DNA from: a virus
Reading direction: 5' to 3' (one strand)
IMG/VR virus record: IMGVR_UViG_3300033182_000157
Span: 16,036-80,035 of that record
DNA: 64,000 nt
The position numbers and the translations under genes are program-made. Position 1 is the stretch's first letter; every line of letters starts with the position of its first letter. A model generated the notes under the pieces. It was not told the origin of the DNA. It did not search any database and worked only from the letters and a program-made list of their open reading frames with translations. Below, piece by piece: positions 37,425 to 46,807 of this stretch.

Positions 37425-38745
37425 ACTAAAGTTTACTGATTACAATTTTTATTTTTTAGATCAAGGCAGTCCTAATGTCGAGGAAAACTACTACGATCTA
37501 ATTAACAAAGTGCCTTGGGCAATTAGAACAAACGCATTACCTTCTAATGAAAAGTATTTTGTTATAACAGACAATAGTAAGTTAGATGATAACTTTTTCA
37601 ATTTTACAACTAAGTTTGAAGATACGGTAGAAAATTCTACAATAGTATGGCAAAATGTAAGTGCTACTAATAGACTAACTTTTAATTCTAGCGGTTTACG
37701 TTGGGTAGGCGGCGATAGTTTTTCATTTGAAATACCTCAAGTAGGTGCGTATGTATTTCATAGTAGTTCTAACACACAAGCATACGATACAGCATACAAC
37801 GAAGTAACAAACTTAATAAATGAACATAGTTTAAAAAACATTAGCAACAGCGATTACAAAAAAATATTAGTATGGTGTAATGTTGGTGCTGATGTAGATT
37901 ACGGAGTTGAAAGTACTAAAGGTGCTAGACAAGCACTAGTTGACAACAACTTTGAAATAGATTTTGACGAGCCATATACTCCGTTACAAAGTGAATTCTT
38001 TAAAACAGTATACAAAACACCATATAGAATTGCTAATAAAATGATTAGAGAAAACGTTAATAGCAAATATGACATTGTGTTTATTTCTTATAACGAACCA
38101 AATGCGGAAGAAAATTGGCAGGCACTAAAAGCACGTTTTCCTAGAGCAAAAAGAGTACACGGTGTAAAAGGAATACACCAAGCACACATCGAAGCAGCCA
38201 AACAATGTTCTACAGAAATGTTTTGGGTAGTTGATGCAGATGCTAAAATTGACGAAGAGTTTAAATTTAACTATCTTGTTCCTAAACATGAATTAGACTT
38301 TGTTCACGTATGGCGTTCAAAAAATCCTGTAAATGATTTAATTTACGGATACGGCGGAGTAAAACTATTACCAACACAAAAAACAATCAATATGGATTTA
38401 TCTAAACCTGATATGACAACGAGTATATCAGATAAATTTAAACCAATGGGAACAGTATCAAATATTACAGCGTTTAATACAGATCCTTTTAATACTTGGA
38501 AATCAGCGTTTCGTGAATGCTGTAAATTAGCAAGTAAAAGTATTGACAGACAACACACTGAAGAAACAGAAGAACGTTTAACACATTGGCAGTTTGAAGG
38601 TGCTAATAGAAGATACGGAGAGTATGCTCAAATGGGCGCAAAACAAGGACGTGATTACGGAGAAGCAAATAGCAAATCTCCAAAAGACTTACGTAAGATA
38701 AATGACTTTGATTGGCTAAAGGAACAGTTTAATGAAAATACGTGA
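37417..38745 (+). CDS. Two-domain glycosyltransferase-like protein (degenerate N-terminal copy plus intact GT-A domain)
   Basis: C-half DIVFISYNEPNAEEN..RVHGVKGIHQAH..FWVVDAD..YGYGGVKL. N-half aligns by eye with 38732..39646 but lacks DxD. Confidence 0.65.
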   Translation: MFELKFTDYNFYFLDQGSPNVEENYYDLINKVPWAIRTNALPSNEKYFVITDNSKLDDNFFNFTTKFEDTVENSTIVWQNVSATNRLTFNSSGLRWVGGDSFSFEIPQVGAYVFHSSSNTQAYDTAYNEVTNLINEHSLKNISNSDYKKILVWCNVGADVDYGVESTKGARQALVDNNFEIDFDEPYTPLQSEFFKTVYKTPYRIANKMIRENVNSKYDIVFISYNEPNAEENWQALKARFPRAKRVHGVKGIHQAHIEAAKQCSTEMFWVVDADAKIDEEFKFNYLVPKHELDFVHVWRSKNPVNDLIYGYGGVKLLPTQKTINMDLSKPDMTTSISDKFKPMGTVSNITAFNTDPFNTWKSAFRECCKLASKSIDRQHTEETEERLTHWQFEGANRRYGEYAQMGAKQGRDYGEANSKSPKDLRKINDFDWLKEQFNENT

Positions 38746-39646
38746 TATTGATATTATATATCTAAGTTATGACGAGCCTAACGCTGATGAAAATTACGCC
38801 GACTTGCTTACAAAAGCACCGTGGGCCAAACGTGTACACGGAGTAGAAGGTAGCGATGCTGCTCATAAAATGTGTGCTGAAATGTCAGAAACAGATCGCT
38901 TTATTACTGTTGACGGTGACAACAAAATTTATGCTGACTTTTTAGAGCAAGAGATAGATTTTAATCAACACAAATACATAAGTGAAAGCGTGTTAAGTTG
39001 GTGCGGTTATAATGTAGTCAATGGACTGATGTATGGCAATGGCGGGTTAAAATGCTGGCCTAAAGATGTTGTTTTAAATATGAAAACACACGAAGCAAGT
39101 GATCCAAACGATTTAGCAGCTCAAGTAGAATTCTGTTGGAACTTAGATTATGTACAAATGAGTAGTTGCTATTCAAAAGTATATAACAATGCCAGTCCTT
39201 GGCAAGCCTGGAGAGCAGGTTTTCGTGAAGGTGTTAAAATGAGTTTAGATCAAGGTAAGAGGTTTAATAGTCTTACATTTAGGGAAGAAGTATATTGGCA
39301 AAACTTACATAGGTTACTTATTTGGTGTAACGTAGGAAGCGATGTTGAAAACGGACTATGGGCAATGTATGGCGCAAGACAAGGCGCATACATGACAAAT
39401 CTTACAGACTGGGATTATGTAAATGTACGTGATTTCAAATACTTGAACAATCTCTGGAAAACTCAAGTAAGTAAAGAAGTAAATGAAGATAATTTAATGG
39501 ACAAAATAAACGATGTAGGAAACGCTCTACAACGTGATTTACATATTGCTGTAACTTCAGTGTTTACTCCAACACAAAGTAAACAGTTTAAGGAAAGTTA
39601 TACTAATACAGATAGGACAGGACAAGGATTTATTGATGTTGAATAA
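38732..39646 (+). CDS. Glycosyltransferase-like protein, GT-A fold (GT2-like)
   Basis: DIIYLSYDEPNADEN..RVHGVEGSDAAH..FITVDGD..YGNGGLKCW..AWRAGFREGVKM. Confidence 0.65.
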   Translation: MKIRDIDIIYLSYDEPNADENYADLLTKAPWAKRVHGVEGSDAAHKMCAEMSETDRFITVDGDNKIYADFLEQEIDFNQHKYISESVLSWCGYNVVNGLMYGNGGLKCWPKDVVLNMKTHEASDPNDLAAQVEFCWNLDYVQMSSCYSKVYNNASPWQAWRAGFREGVKMSLDQGKRFNSLTFREEVYWQNLHRLLIWCNVGSDVENGLWAMYGARQGAYMTNLTDWDYVNVRDFKYLNNLWKTQVSKEVNEDNLMDKINDVGNALQRDLHIAVTSVFTPTQSKQFKESYTNTDRTGQGFIDVE

Positions 39647-41018
39647 ACTTGTAAAACGTTTAGGTAGACGATTAAAAATTGTAAAAGATCCTATTGATCG
39701 TATGTCAGAAGTAAAAGCAATTACTGATCAAATATCTCCTACCTTTTGTTTAGCAAAATGGCATCATACTACTATCTATTTACAAACTGGAGAAACACAC
39801 AGTTGTTATCATCCAGCACCGCATACAATACCGTTAGAAGAAATAGAAACAAATCCAAGTGCGTTACATAATACAAAAGAAAAGAAACAACAACGTTACC
39901 AAATGCTAAAAGGCGAAAAGCCTAGCGGTTGTCAGTATTGTTGGAACATTGAATGTATGGGCAAGGATTATATTAGTGACAGGCACGAACGTAATAGCGG
40001 AATCTATACAAAGCAACGACTACAAGAAATAGAAACAAACGATTGGAACTTTAATGTAAATCCTGAATACATTGAAATTTCGTTTGGCAATGAATGTAAT
40101 TTACGTTGCGGATACTGTCACCCTAAAGCAAGTAGTAGTTACTATAAAGAAATAGAACATTATGGCCCTTATAAAACTAAAAATCATACACAACACATAC
40201 GTAAATTAAACATTTATAAAAAGGAAGAAGAAAATCCTTATGTAGAAGCATGGTGGCGTTGGTGGCCTGAAGTAAGTAAAACTCTAAATATTTTGCGTAT
40301 TACCGGAGGGGAGCCACTACTACAACAAAGTACTTGGCGTCTGCTTGACGATTTAGAAACTAACCCTTTACCTAATCTTGAACTAAACATTAATTCTAAC
40401 TTAGCAGTAAAAAATGTACTAGTAAGACGCCTTGCTGATAAAGTAAATCATTTAGTTAAAAACGGAAAAATAAAACGTTTTAAACTTTTTACAAGTTTAG
40501 ATACTTGGGGCAAACCTGCCGAATATATTAGAACAGGTTTAGACTTACAGGTGTGGGAACAAAACTTTGATACGTGGATGACAAAAACAGATCAGCCTAT
40601 AACATTTATGGTAACGTTTAATATACTTTCAGTTACTACATTTGATCAATTGTTAGCAAAATTTTTAGAATGGCGTAAAAAATATCAAACAGGAAAAAGA
40701 CGTATTAGATTTGACACTCCGTATTTAAAAGAGCCTATTCAATATGATATGAATATACTTCCTAAAAGTTTTATGTCTTATATGGAACAACATTTACAGT
40801 TTATAAAAGACAATCAAGATGAAAATGACGTAAACAAATTTTCAAATCTTGAGTATGAAAAGTTCCGTCGTGTTGTAGATTATATGCGTACTACAGAATA
40901 TAGTACAGAGCGTTTAGAAGAAGGGCGTAAAGATTTTGTTATATGGTTTACTGAACACGATAAACGTAGAGGTACAAATTTTGCTGAAACGTTCCCAAAA
41001 CTAAAAAACGTTTTTTGA
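39636..41018 (+). CDS. Radical SAM enzyme with N-terminal twitch/SPASM-like Cys domain
   Basis: CNLRCGYC, ITGGEP; N-terminal FCLAKW..HSCYH..CQYC. ATG 39636 follows AAGGA. Confidence 0.85.
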   Translation: MLNKLVKRLGRRLKIVKDPIDRMSEVKAITDQISPTFCLAKWHHTTIYLQTGETHSCYHPAPHTIPLEEIETNPSALHNTKEKKQQRYQMLKGEKPSGCQYCWNIECMGKDYISDRHERNSGIYTKQRLQEIETNDWNFNVNPEYIEISFGNECNLRCGYCHPKASSSYYKEIEHYGPYKTKNHTQHIRKLNIYKKEEENPYVEAWWRWWPEVSKTLNILRITGGEPLLQQSTWRLLDDLETNPLPNLELNINSNLAVKNVLVRRLADKVNHLVKNGKIKRFKLFTSLDTWGKPAEYIRTGLDLQVWEQNFDTWMTKTDQPITFMVTFNILSVTTFDQLLAKFLEWRKKYQTGKRRIRFDTPYLKEPIQYDMNILPKSFMSYMEQHLQFIKDNQDENDVNKFSNLEYEKFRRVVDYMRTTEYSTERLEEGRKDFVIWFTEHDKRRGTNFAETFPKLKNVF

Positions 41019-42233
41019 TTGGTAATGTTCGTCTACTTGAAGGTTGCCATTAGTATATCTTATAGAGTTTTCAACAAGTAATAAAAACTCATCTACACTG
41101 TACTGATTGTAGTCTGCTCTTTTATAGTTATAATTTAAGACATCGACATTTCCTAAAGACCAATCTATTTGTTGTGTACGATTCATTTTAGAAAGCAGTT
41201 TACATACTCTTTTAAGTTCTTTTTCTAAAGCAGCCCATCGTTTTGCTGGATCTCTTATAAAATCAAATTCATAATCAAACCAGTCAGTATAAAGTTTATA
41301 TCCTAATCTTGCTAGGTTATAGTTTTGCCCCATTTGCCCCCAAATAATTATAGGTACTTTTTGGGCAACAACTTTAAAAGTTTTTTCACTGTAGAACAGA
41401 CTAGTTTCATTCCAGTCACTTTGCATTGTTTCGCAGGTTAGGTTAAACAATACTTGTTGATTTAGTTTTATACCTAAGTCGTTTGCCCAGTTAGTTTCAA
41501 AGTCTTCAGTGTCGACAATCATGGGAGTATTTTTTGACATAAACTTATCCATAGAGTCAGTATGAAAATAATTGCTACGATATTCACCGGGACGTACTTT
41601 GTCGTGACTAATTAATCCGTGTTTTGCTAATCCGCTATCGTGTAAACGCCAAACAGCATAACTCCTCCAAAAACGTTTACGTCTATTTAAGTTAAGAAAG
41701 TATTTTCCGTTATAATTTTCTAACAATGATATATGTCTTGGCTTAGATTTGCCAGCATCTATGTACATTGCTTTTTGAAAACTGTCCCAATGCATCATTT
41801 CTATAACATTTATTTTATTTTTCTTTTCGGTTAAACCATGCCAATATACATCAAATATTCCTTTTTCTCGTAAATTTCCGCTAATAAAAAATATTCCAGC
41901 AGGGTCAATATTATGCTTTACCGCGCTATTATATAATGCTTGTGAAACAGCATGATGTGGAACAGCCCATCCTTCATGAGAACCGTCTAGTACAAATACA
42001 CATTGTTTGTTGCGTAACAGATCTAAAAAGTTAGTCTTGATGCTACCTAAGATATCACTATCAAGATATATTCCTTGTTTATATGAATACTGACACATCA
42101 TTACACAGACCTTGTCAAATTCTCTATTCTTCATAAACGACAAGTGTTTACGATAATGATGAAAACTACCAGGCGGGTCTATCATCTCTCTAACATAAGT
42201 TGTGTCATTTAGCCATTCAGAAAAATATATCAT
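41001..42233 (-). CDS. Hypothetical protein, possible GT10 (fucosyltransferase)-like glycosyltransferase
   Basis: C-terminal NLTCET...FYSEKTFKVVAQKVPIIIWG resembles the GT10 E....Y.TEK....VP..G motif; LNLNRRKRFWR upstream. Confidence 0.4.
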   Translation of the reverse strand: MIYFSEWLNDTTYVREMIDPPGSFHHYRKHLSFMKNREFDKVCVMMCQYSYKQGIYLDSDILGSIKTNFLDLLRNKQCVFVLDGSHEGWAVPHHAVSQALYNSAVKHNIDPAGIFFISGNLREKGIFDVYWHGLTEKKNKINVIEMMHWDSFQKAMYIDAGKSKPRHISLLENYNGKYFLNLNRRKRFWRSYAVWRLHDSGLAKHGLISHDKVRPGEYRSNYFHTDSMDKFMSKNTPMIVDTEDFETNWANDLGIKLNQQVLFNLTCETMQSDWNETSLFYSEKTFKVVAQKVPIIIWGQMGQNYNLARLGYKLYTDWFDYEFDFIRDPAKRWAALEKELKRVCKLLSKMNRTQQIDWSLGNVDVLNYNYKRADYNQYSVDEFLLLVENSIRYTNGNLQVDEHYQSKNVF

Positions 42234-42236
42234 CAA

Positions 42237-42266
42237 TAAATACTCTTATAATAACAGCAATATTTA
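42237..42266. promoter_or_regulatory. Overlapping divergent T4-late-like promoter boxes
   Basis: TAAATA on + at 42237-42242 (towards 42279) and on - at 42266-42261 (towards 42233). Confidence 0.5.
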
Positions 42267-42278
42267 GTGGAGTAATTT

Positions 42279-43505
42279 ATGAAGATTGGATTTATTGGCG
42301 TAGGCAAACTAGGTATGCCTTGTGCGGAAGAAATTGTACACAAAGGACACACTGTTGATGGGTACGATGTAGCAGAAGTACAAAGCGACTATGTAAACGT
42401 AGTAAATTCAATTGAAGAAGCAGTATCAAATAAGGAAATTGTGTTTATTGCTGTACCTACTCCGCACGATCCATTATATGATGGCAATGCACCAACAGCA
42501 CATTTACCTACAAAAGATTTCTCATACGATATTGTAAAAGAAGTTTTGTTTGAAGCAAACAAGCATATGACTGAAGATCAGTTATTAGTTCTTATTTCAA
42601 CAGTACTTCCAGGAACAACTCGTCAACAGTTTGTACAGTTAGTTACTAATACACGTTTTGTATATAACCCTTACTTGATTGCTATGGGCAGTGTAGCATG
42701 GGACATGGTAAATCCAGAGATGGTAATGATTGGCACAGAAGATGGACGCGAAACAGGTGATGCTAAACAACTTGTTGAATTTTATAAAACTGTAATGGAA
42801 AACGATCCGCGTTATGTTGTTGGAACTTGGGACGAGTGCGAGTGTATTAAAGTATTTTATAACACATTTATTTCTACTAAAATTAGTTTAGTGAATATGA
42901 TACAAGACGTAGCAGAAAAGCAAGGTAACATCAATGTTGATGTTGTTACTAAAGCACTTGCTGAAAGCACAATGCGTATTATGGGCAAGCAGTATATGAC
43001 TGCTGGAATGGGCGATGGCGGTGCGTGTCATCCACGTGATAATATTGCTCTACGTTATATGGCAGAAGAACTTGATTTAGGATATGATTTGTTTGATGCT
43101 ATTATGAATGCTCGTGAAATACAAGCAGAAAATTTAGCAAAAGAATTAGTAAAACACTCTAAAGAAAATAAGATGCCTATCTATATTCACGGTAAAGCAT
43201 ACAAACCAAAAGTATCGTACTTAGACGGTAGTTATAGTTTGTTAGTAGGACACTATTGCGAAGCAATGGGATACCCTGTAAAATATATTGATCCTTATAC
43301 TGGAGATGATTTTGAACCTAGCAAGCCGGGTGTATTTTTGTTAGCACATTCCGCAGAAGTAACGTATGAATATACAGGTAAACAAAGTACAGACGAATTA
43401 TATTGTGTTATACCAATGGGAAGTATTGTAATTGACCCTTGGCGTAAGTTTCAATCTCAAGCAAGTAAAGTAATACACTACGGAAATACCCGGAATAGAG
43501 CTTGA
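42279..43505 (+). CDS. ugd: UDP-glucose/GDP-mannose 6-dehydrogenase family protein
   Basis: GVGKLG Rossmann motif, FIAVPTP, ISTVLPGT, CIKVFYNTF (catalytic Lys), GMGDGGACHPRD (catalytic Cys), GKAYKP. Confidence 0.9.
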   Translation: MKIGFIGVGKLGMPCAEEIVHKGHTVDGYDVAEVQSDYVNVVNSIEEAVSNKEIVFIAVPTPHDPLYDGNAPTAHLPTKDFSYDIVKEVLFEANKHMTEDQLLVLISTVLPGTTRQQFVQLVTNTRFVYNPYLIAMGSVAWDMVNPEMVMIGTEDGRETGDAKQLVEFYKTVMENDPRYVVGTWDECECIKVFYNTFISTKISLVNMIQDVAEKQGNINVDVVTKALAESTMRIMGKQYMTAGMGDGGACHPRDNIALRYMAEELDLGYDLFDAIMNAREIQAENLAKELVKHSKENKMPIYIHGKAYKPKVSYLDGSYSLLVGHYCEAMGYPVKYIDPYTGDDFEPSKPGVFLLAHSAEVTYEYTGKQSTDELYCVIPMGSIVIDPWRKFQSQASKVIHYGNTRNRA

Positions 43506-43530
43506 CATTTCTAATAAGAGATGTTACTAT
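43502..43530 (+). promoter_or_regulatory. Sigma70-type promoter with extended -10
   Basis: TTGACA (43502-43507, containing the ugd TGA stop), 17-nt spacer, TG-n-TACTAT (43525-43530); ATG follows after 6 nt. Confidence 0.7.
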
Positions 43531-43536
43531 GTATAG

Positions 43537-44592
43537 ATGCAAAATGTCAACGATATTAAAACAGTTCATATTGAGCTAACTGATAAATGCCAAGCACAAT
43601 GTCCAATGTGTGCTAGAAACTATCACGGTGGCAAACCTCGTCCTTTTATTCGCAACGGCGATATTAGCATTGAACAATTTAAAGAATGGTTCCCTAAAGA
43701 CTTCCTAGCACAACTATCTAATTTTTATAGTTGTGGCAATTACGGCGATCCTGCTTTTGCTAGAGATTGTTTAGAAATCTATTCGTATGTACGAGAATGT
43801 AACCCGCATACAAGACTAGCAATACATACTAACGGTGGTATGCGAAATCCCGAATGGTGGACTAAACTAGCACAACACAACATTGAAGTTGTGTTTGCTG
43901 TAGACGGATTCAAAGGTAAACACGAGTTATATCGTAAGAACACAAATTTTGATAAAGTTATTGAAAATCTAACAGCATTTATAAACGCAGGAGGCACTGC
44001 AAAAGTTGATAGTCTTGTTTTCGCACACAATGAACGCGATGTAGAAGAACTAGAACAATATCTATTAGGGTTAGGTGTAGAAAGTGTAAATTTTGTTAGC
44101 ACAACAAGATTTTATGAAATGACAGAATTTGAAGTACATGATAATAATGGAAATGTACAATATAAAATACATCCTGCTCAGACGCCTAAGTATAAACGAA
44201 CACCAAACAACACGTTAAACGCATTAGTGGATAAAGAAGTACGAGATGCTGCTCTTGAAGCAGCAGAGATATCTCCTATATGCGAGAGCGAACAAGGTAT
44301 ATATGTTGATCCTTACGGAAATATATCACCGTGCTGTTGGATAGGTGGCGACTATTTAGAAGAACCAGTTAAAGAAACACTGCCGATACATTATCTTAGA
44401 AACATAAGTGTAGAAAATACTCAACAAATAATGAACGAAATAGGTGTTCCTAAATGCCAAGATGGTGTACTTGGAACTAATACAGTCTTGTTTGAAGAAC
44501 TTAACAAGTACTGGCAAGGTCCTGATAAATGTATGACTTGTGTGAAGGTATGCTCTAAAGCATTATATAATAGTAGAACGAAAAATGACTGA
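43537..44592 (+). CDS. Radical SAM enzyme with C-terminal SPASM/twitch domain
   Basis: CQAQCPMC, GNYGDP, HTNGG; C-terminal C...YVDPYGNISPCC...CMTCVKVC. Confidence 0.85.
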   Translation: MQNVNDIKTVHIELTDKCQAQCPMCARNYHGGKPRPFIRNGDISIEQFKEWFPKDFLAQLSNFYSCGNYGDPAFARDCLEIYSYVRECNPHTRLAIHTNGGMRNPEWWTKLAQHNIEVVFAVDGFKGKHELYRKNTNFDKVIENLTAFINAGGTAKVDSLVFAHNERDVEELEQYLLGLGVESVNFVSTTRFYEMTEFEVHDNNGNVQYKIHPAQTPKYKRTPNNTLNALVDKEVRDAALEAAEISPICESEQGIYVDPYGNISPCCWIGGDYLEEPVKETLPIHYLRNISVENTQQIMNEIGVPKCQDGVLGTNTVLFEELNKYWQGPDKCMTCVKVCSKALYNSRTKND

Positions 44593-45562
44593 CATTCCAT
44601 GGGATAATATTACACGATTTGGCCAAAAGACCCTCCTAAAGAGCCATCTTTTTACAGTCTCTTGGATCACCACTAGATATTGTAATTATGAGTGCTCTTA
44701 TTGCTGGCCTCACGCAAGATCTAGTACCCCAGATACAAACCCACTAGAATTGTACTTAAACACGATGGATAGTATCAAGGCACAGGCAAGAAACAATGGT
44801 TTTACAGATTTCCACTTCAGTTTTAGCGGAGGAGAACCTACAGTAAATAAGCACTTCTTGCCCTTAGTAGAACACTACTGTAACGACGAAGCACCAGAAT
44901 ATCAAAGCATACACATGACTACAAATCTGTCCCCAGGCAGCAAGTGGTGGAATAAGTACTTAGAAGCAACACAAACTCTACAGCGCAGAAGCGTAACAGC
45001 AAGTTTCCACGACGAGTTTGCTAAAGAACAAGAGTTTGGAGATAAGTGCTTACAACTAATGAATGGAGGAGTATATGTTACAATCAATCAAGTTATGGTT
45101 CCAGAAAAGTTTGACGAGCTTTACGAACGCTTGGGAAGATTTGCCGCCAGAGGTATTAATGTCACTCTCAAACCACAGTCCAATCCTACCGCTACAGCAG
45201 TGGTTGAAGGCTACACAGAAGAACAAATCCGAATCATGCGAGAAGGATTCCCACAGCAGTGGCAAGGCGAATCAGTCGCACAAGTTGCACTCTACGACAA
45301 AGAAGGACAAGAGTACGAATTAGATCAAGCAGAACGTTTTAATGCGTTTGGATTCAATAAATTTGAAGGTTGGTATTGTAACGCAGGATATCAAGGTATT
45401 GTAATACGTGAGAATGAAGTTAAACGTAGTTACAGTTGCCACGAAGAACCATTAGGTACACTAGAAAACTTTAAGATATTCGATGGCCCTCGTAGATGTA
45501 TAACTCCAACTTGCGTTAGTTCGGCAGACTCAAAACTGCCAAAGGTAAAATATGAAGGTTGA
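44585..45562 (+). CDS. Radical SAM enzyme with C-terminal twitch domain
   Basis: CNYECSYC, FSGGEP; C-terminal GWYCNAG...SC...CITPTCVSSAD. Confidence 0.85.
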   Translation: MTDIPWDNITRFGQKTLLKSHLFTVSWITTRYCNYECSYCWPHARSSTPDTNPLELYLNTMDSIKAQARNNGFTDFHFSFSGGEPTVNKHFLPLVEHYCNDEAPEYQSIHMTTNLSPGSKWWNKYLEATQTLQRRSVTASFHDEFAKEQEFGDKCLQLMNGGVYVTINQVMVPEKFDELYERLGRFAARGINVTLKPQSNPTATAVVEGYTEEQIRIMREGFPQQWQGESVAQVALYDKEGQEYELDQAERFNAFGFNKFEGWYCNAGYQGIVIRENEVKRSYSCHEEPLGTLENFKIFDGPRRCITPTCVSSADSKLPKVKYEG

Positions 45563-46148
45563 ATTAGAAGATGTATTGTTTTGGATGGACGCTATTCGCA
45601 ATAGCGATGATCGTTATCGTACACTTGAAAGTTTCTGGAAAGGACAGATTCATAGTAAGCAATGGCTTATTGAACGCCTTGAAGAACACGCTCTACCAAG
45701 CAAAAATAATATAGAAATACACGGAGGTTGGAATGGAGTTCTTGCTAGTCTTATTTTTAATAGCAGCATTAATGTTGGACGAATCACAAGTGTAGATGTT
45801 GATCCTGTATGTAAAGAAATTGCTCATACAGTGAATAAAGCATATGAAATGCGGGGTATGTTTAAGGCTGTAACAGAAGATATGTGTACTCGTAATTACA
45901 AAGCGGATATTGTTATTAACACAAGTTGCGAGCATATTACTCAAGAACAGTACGAGCAATGGTTAAGCAATGTTCCCCAATTAGCAACTATTGTTTTACA
46001 AAGTAATAATTATTTTGCTTGTGAAGAACATATTAGATGTGTAGAAGATTTAGATGAGTTTGTAGAACAAAGTAACATACGTGTATTTTGGAAAGGAGTT
46101 TACGAAACTCCGACGTACAGTAGATTTATGATTATTGGAAAGAAGTAA
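45552..46148 (+). CDS. Class I SAM-dependent methyltransferase-like protein
   Basis: IEIHGGWNGVLA (motif I-like), SVDVDP, EDM, VINTSCEH. Confidence 0.6.
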   Translation: MKVELEDVLFWMDAIRNSDDRYRTLESFWKGQIHSKQWLIERLEEHALPSKNNIEIHGGWNGVLASLIFNSSINVGRITSVDVDPVCKEIAHTVNKAYEMRGMFKAVTEDMCTRNYKADIVINTSCEHITQEQYEQWLSNVPQLATIVLQSNNYFACEEHIRCVEDLDEFVEQSNIRVFWKGVYETPTYSRFMIIGKK

Positions 46149-46807
46149 TGGAAGAGCGTGTAAACAAGTTGCTACAGATGTTTGTTGATGGTGAGTTAGG
46201 CTGGCTTGAACTTGATACTTCGTTTACACCTTATTATGAACCTACTGAACTAGAAGCAGTTGAACCTTATTATGTAGAACATCGTGAAGGGGAAAATCAC
46301 GAAGGTTGGGAAAGTTGTTGTATACACGGACTAGGTCCCAACAAAACACGTATTTGTTACGACTACGGATATGATAATGAAATAGAAGCACCGTACTACT
46401 GGACTGAAGTGGCAGAAGCAGCACCGAGAGCGGCACAGTTTTGGAAAGACTTCCCAGCAGAGCGATTTGCTCGTATGAGATTTATGAAATTAAAGCCAGG
46501 TGGAAACATAGGACTACACAATGACAGACCTAAACAATTTCCGCCTAGTTTAGTTGACTTTTTATTACCTATAAATGTAGCAATTACACATCCGGAAGAT
46601 TGTCGTATGTTTGTAGAAGGATACGGTTTTGTTCCGTGGGAGCCTGGAAAGGTATTTCTTGTGAACATAATGCAAAATCATATGGTAATTAACAATTCAG
46701 ATCAAGATAGAATTCATATGATTGCTCAAGTACATCCTGGCAATCGTAAAAAAGAATTTATGGACCTATTAATTAGAAGCGCAGTAAAAAATGGTTACGA
46801 AGTTTAA
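46148..46807 (+). CDS. Aspartyl/asparaginyl beta-hydroxylase-like Fe(II)/2OG oxygenase
   Basis: RFMKLKPGGNIGLHND...HMVINNSDQDRIHM (HxD...H...R). Confidence 0.8.
   Translation: MEERVNKLLQMFVDGELGWLELDTSFTPYYEPTELEAVEPYYVEHREGENHEGWESCCIHGLGPNKTRICYDYGYDNEIEAPYYWTEVAEAAPRAAQFWKDFPAERFARMRFMKLKPGGNIGLHNDRPKQFPPSLVDFLLPINVAITHPEDCRMFVEGYGFVPWEPGKVFLVNIMQNHMVINNSDQDRIHMIAQVHPGNRKKEFMDLLIRSAVKNGYEV

Noticed and set aside
45063-45323. Same-strand alternative-frame ORF (86 aa) inside a radical SAM gene, considered as a RiPP precursor
   Set aside because: Wholly overlapped by a conserved gene, with no leader/core pattern. I found no convincing free-standing precursor peptide in the island.
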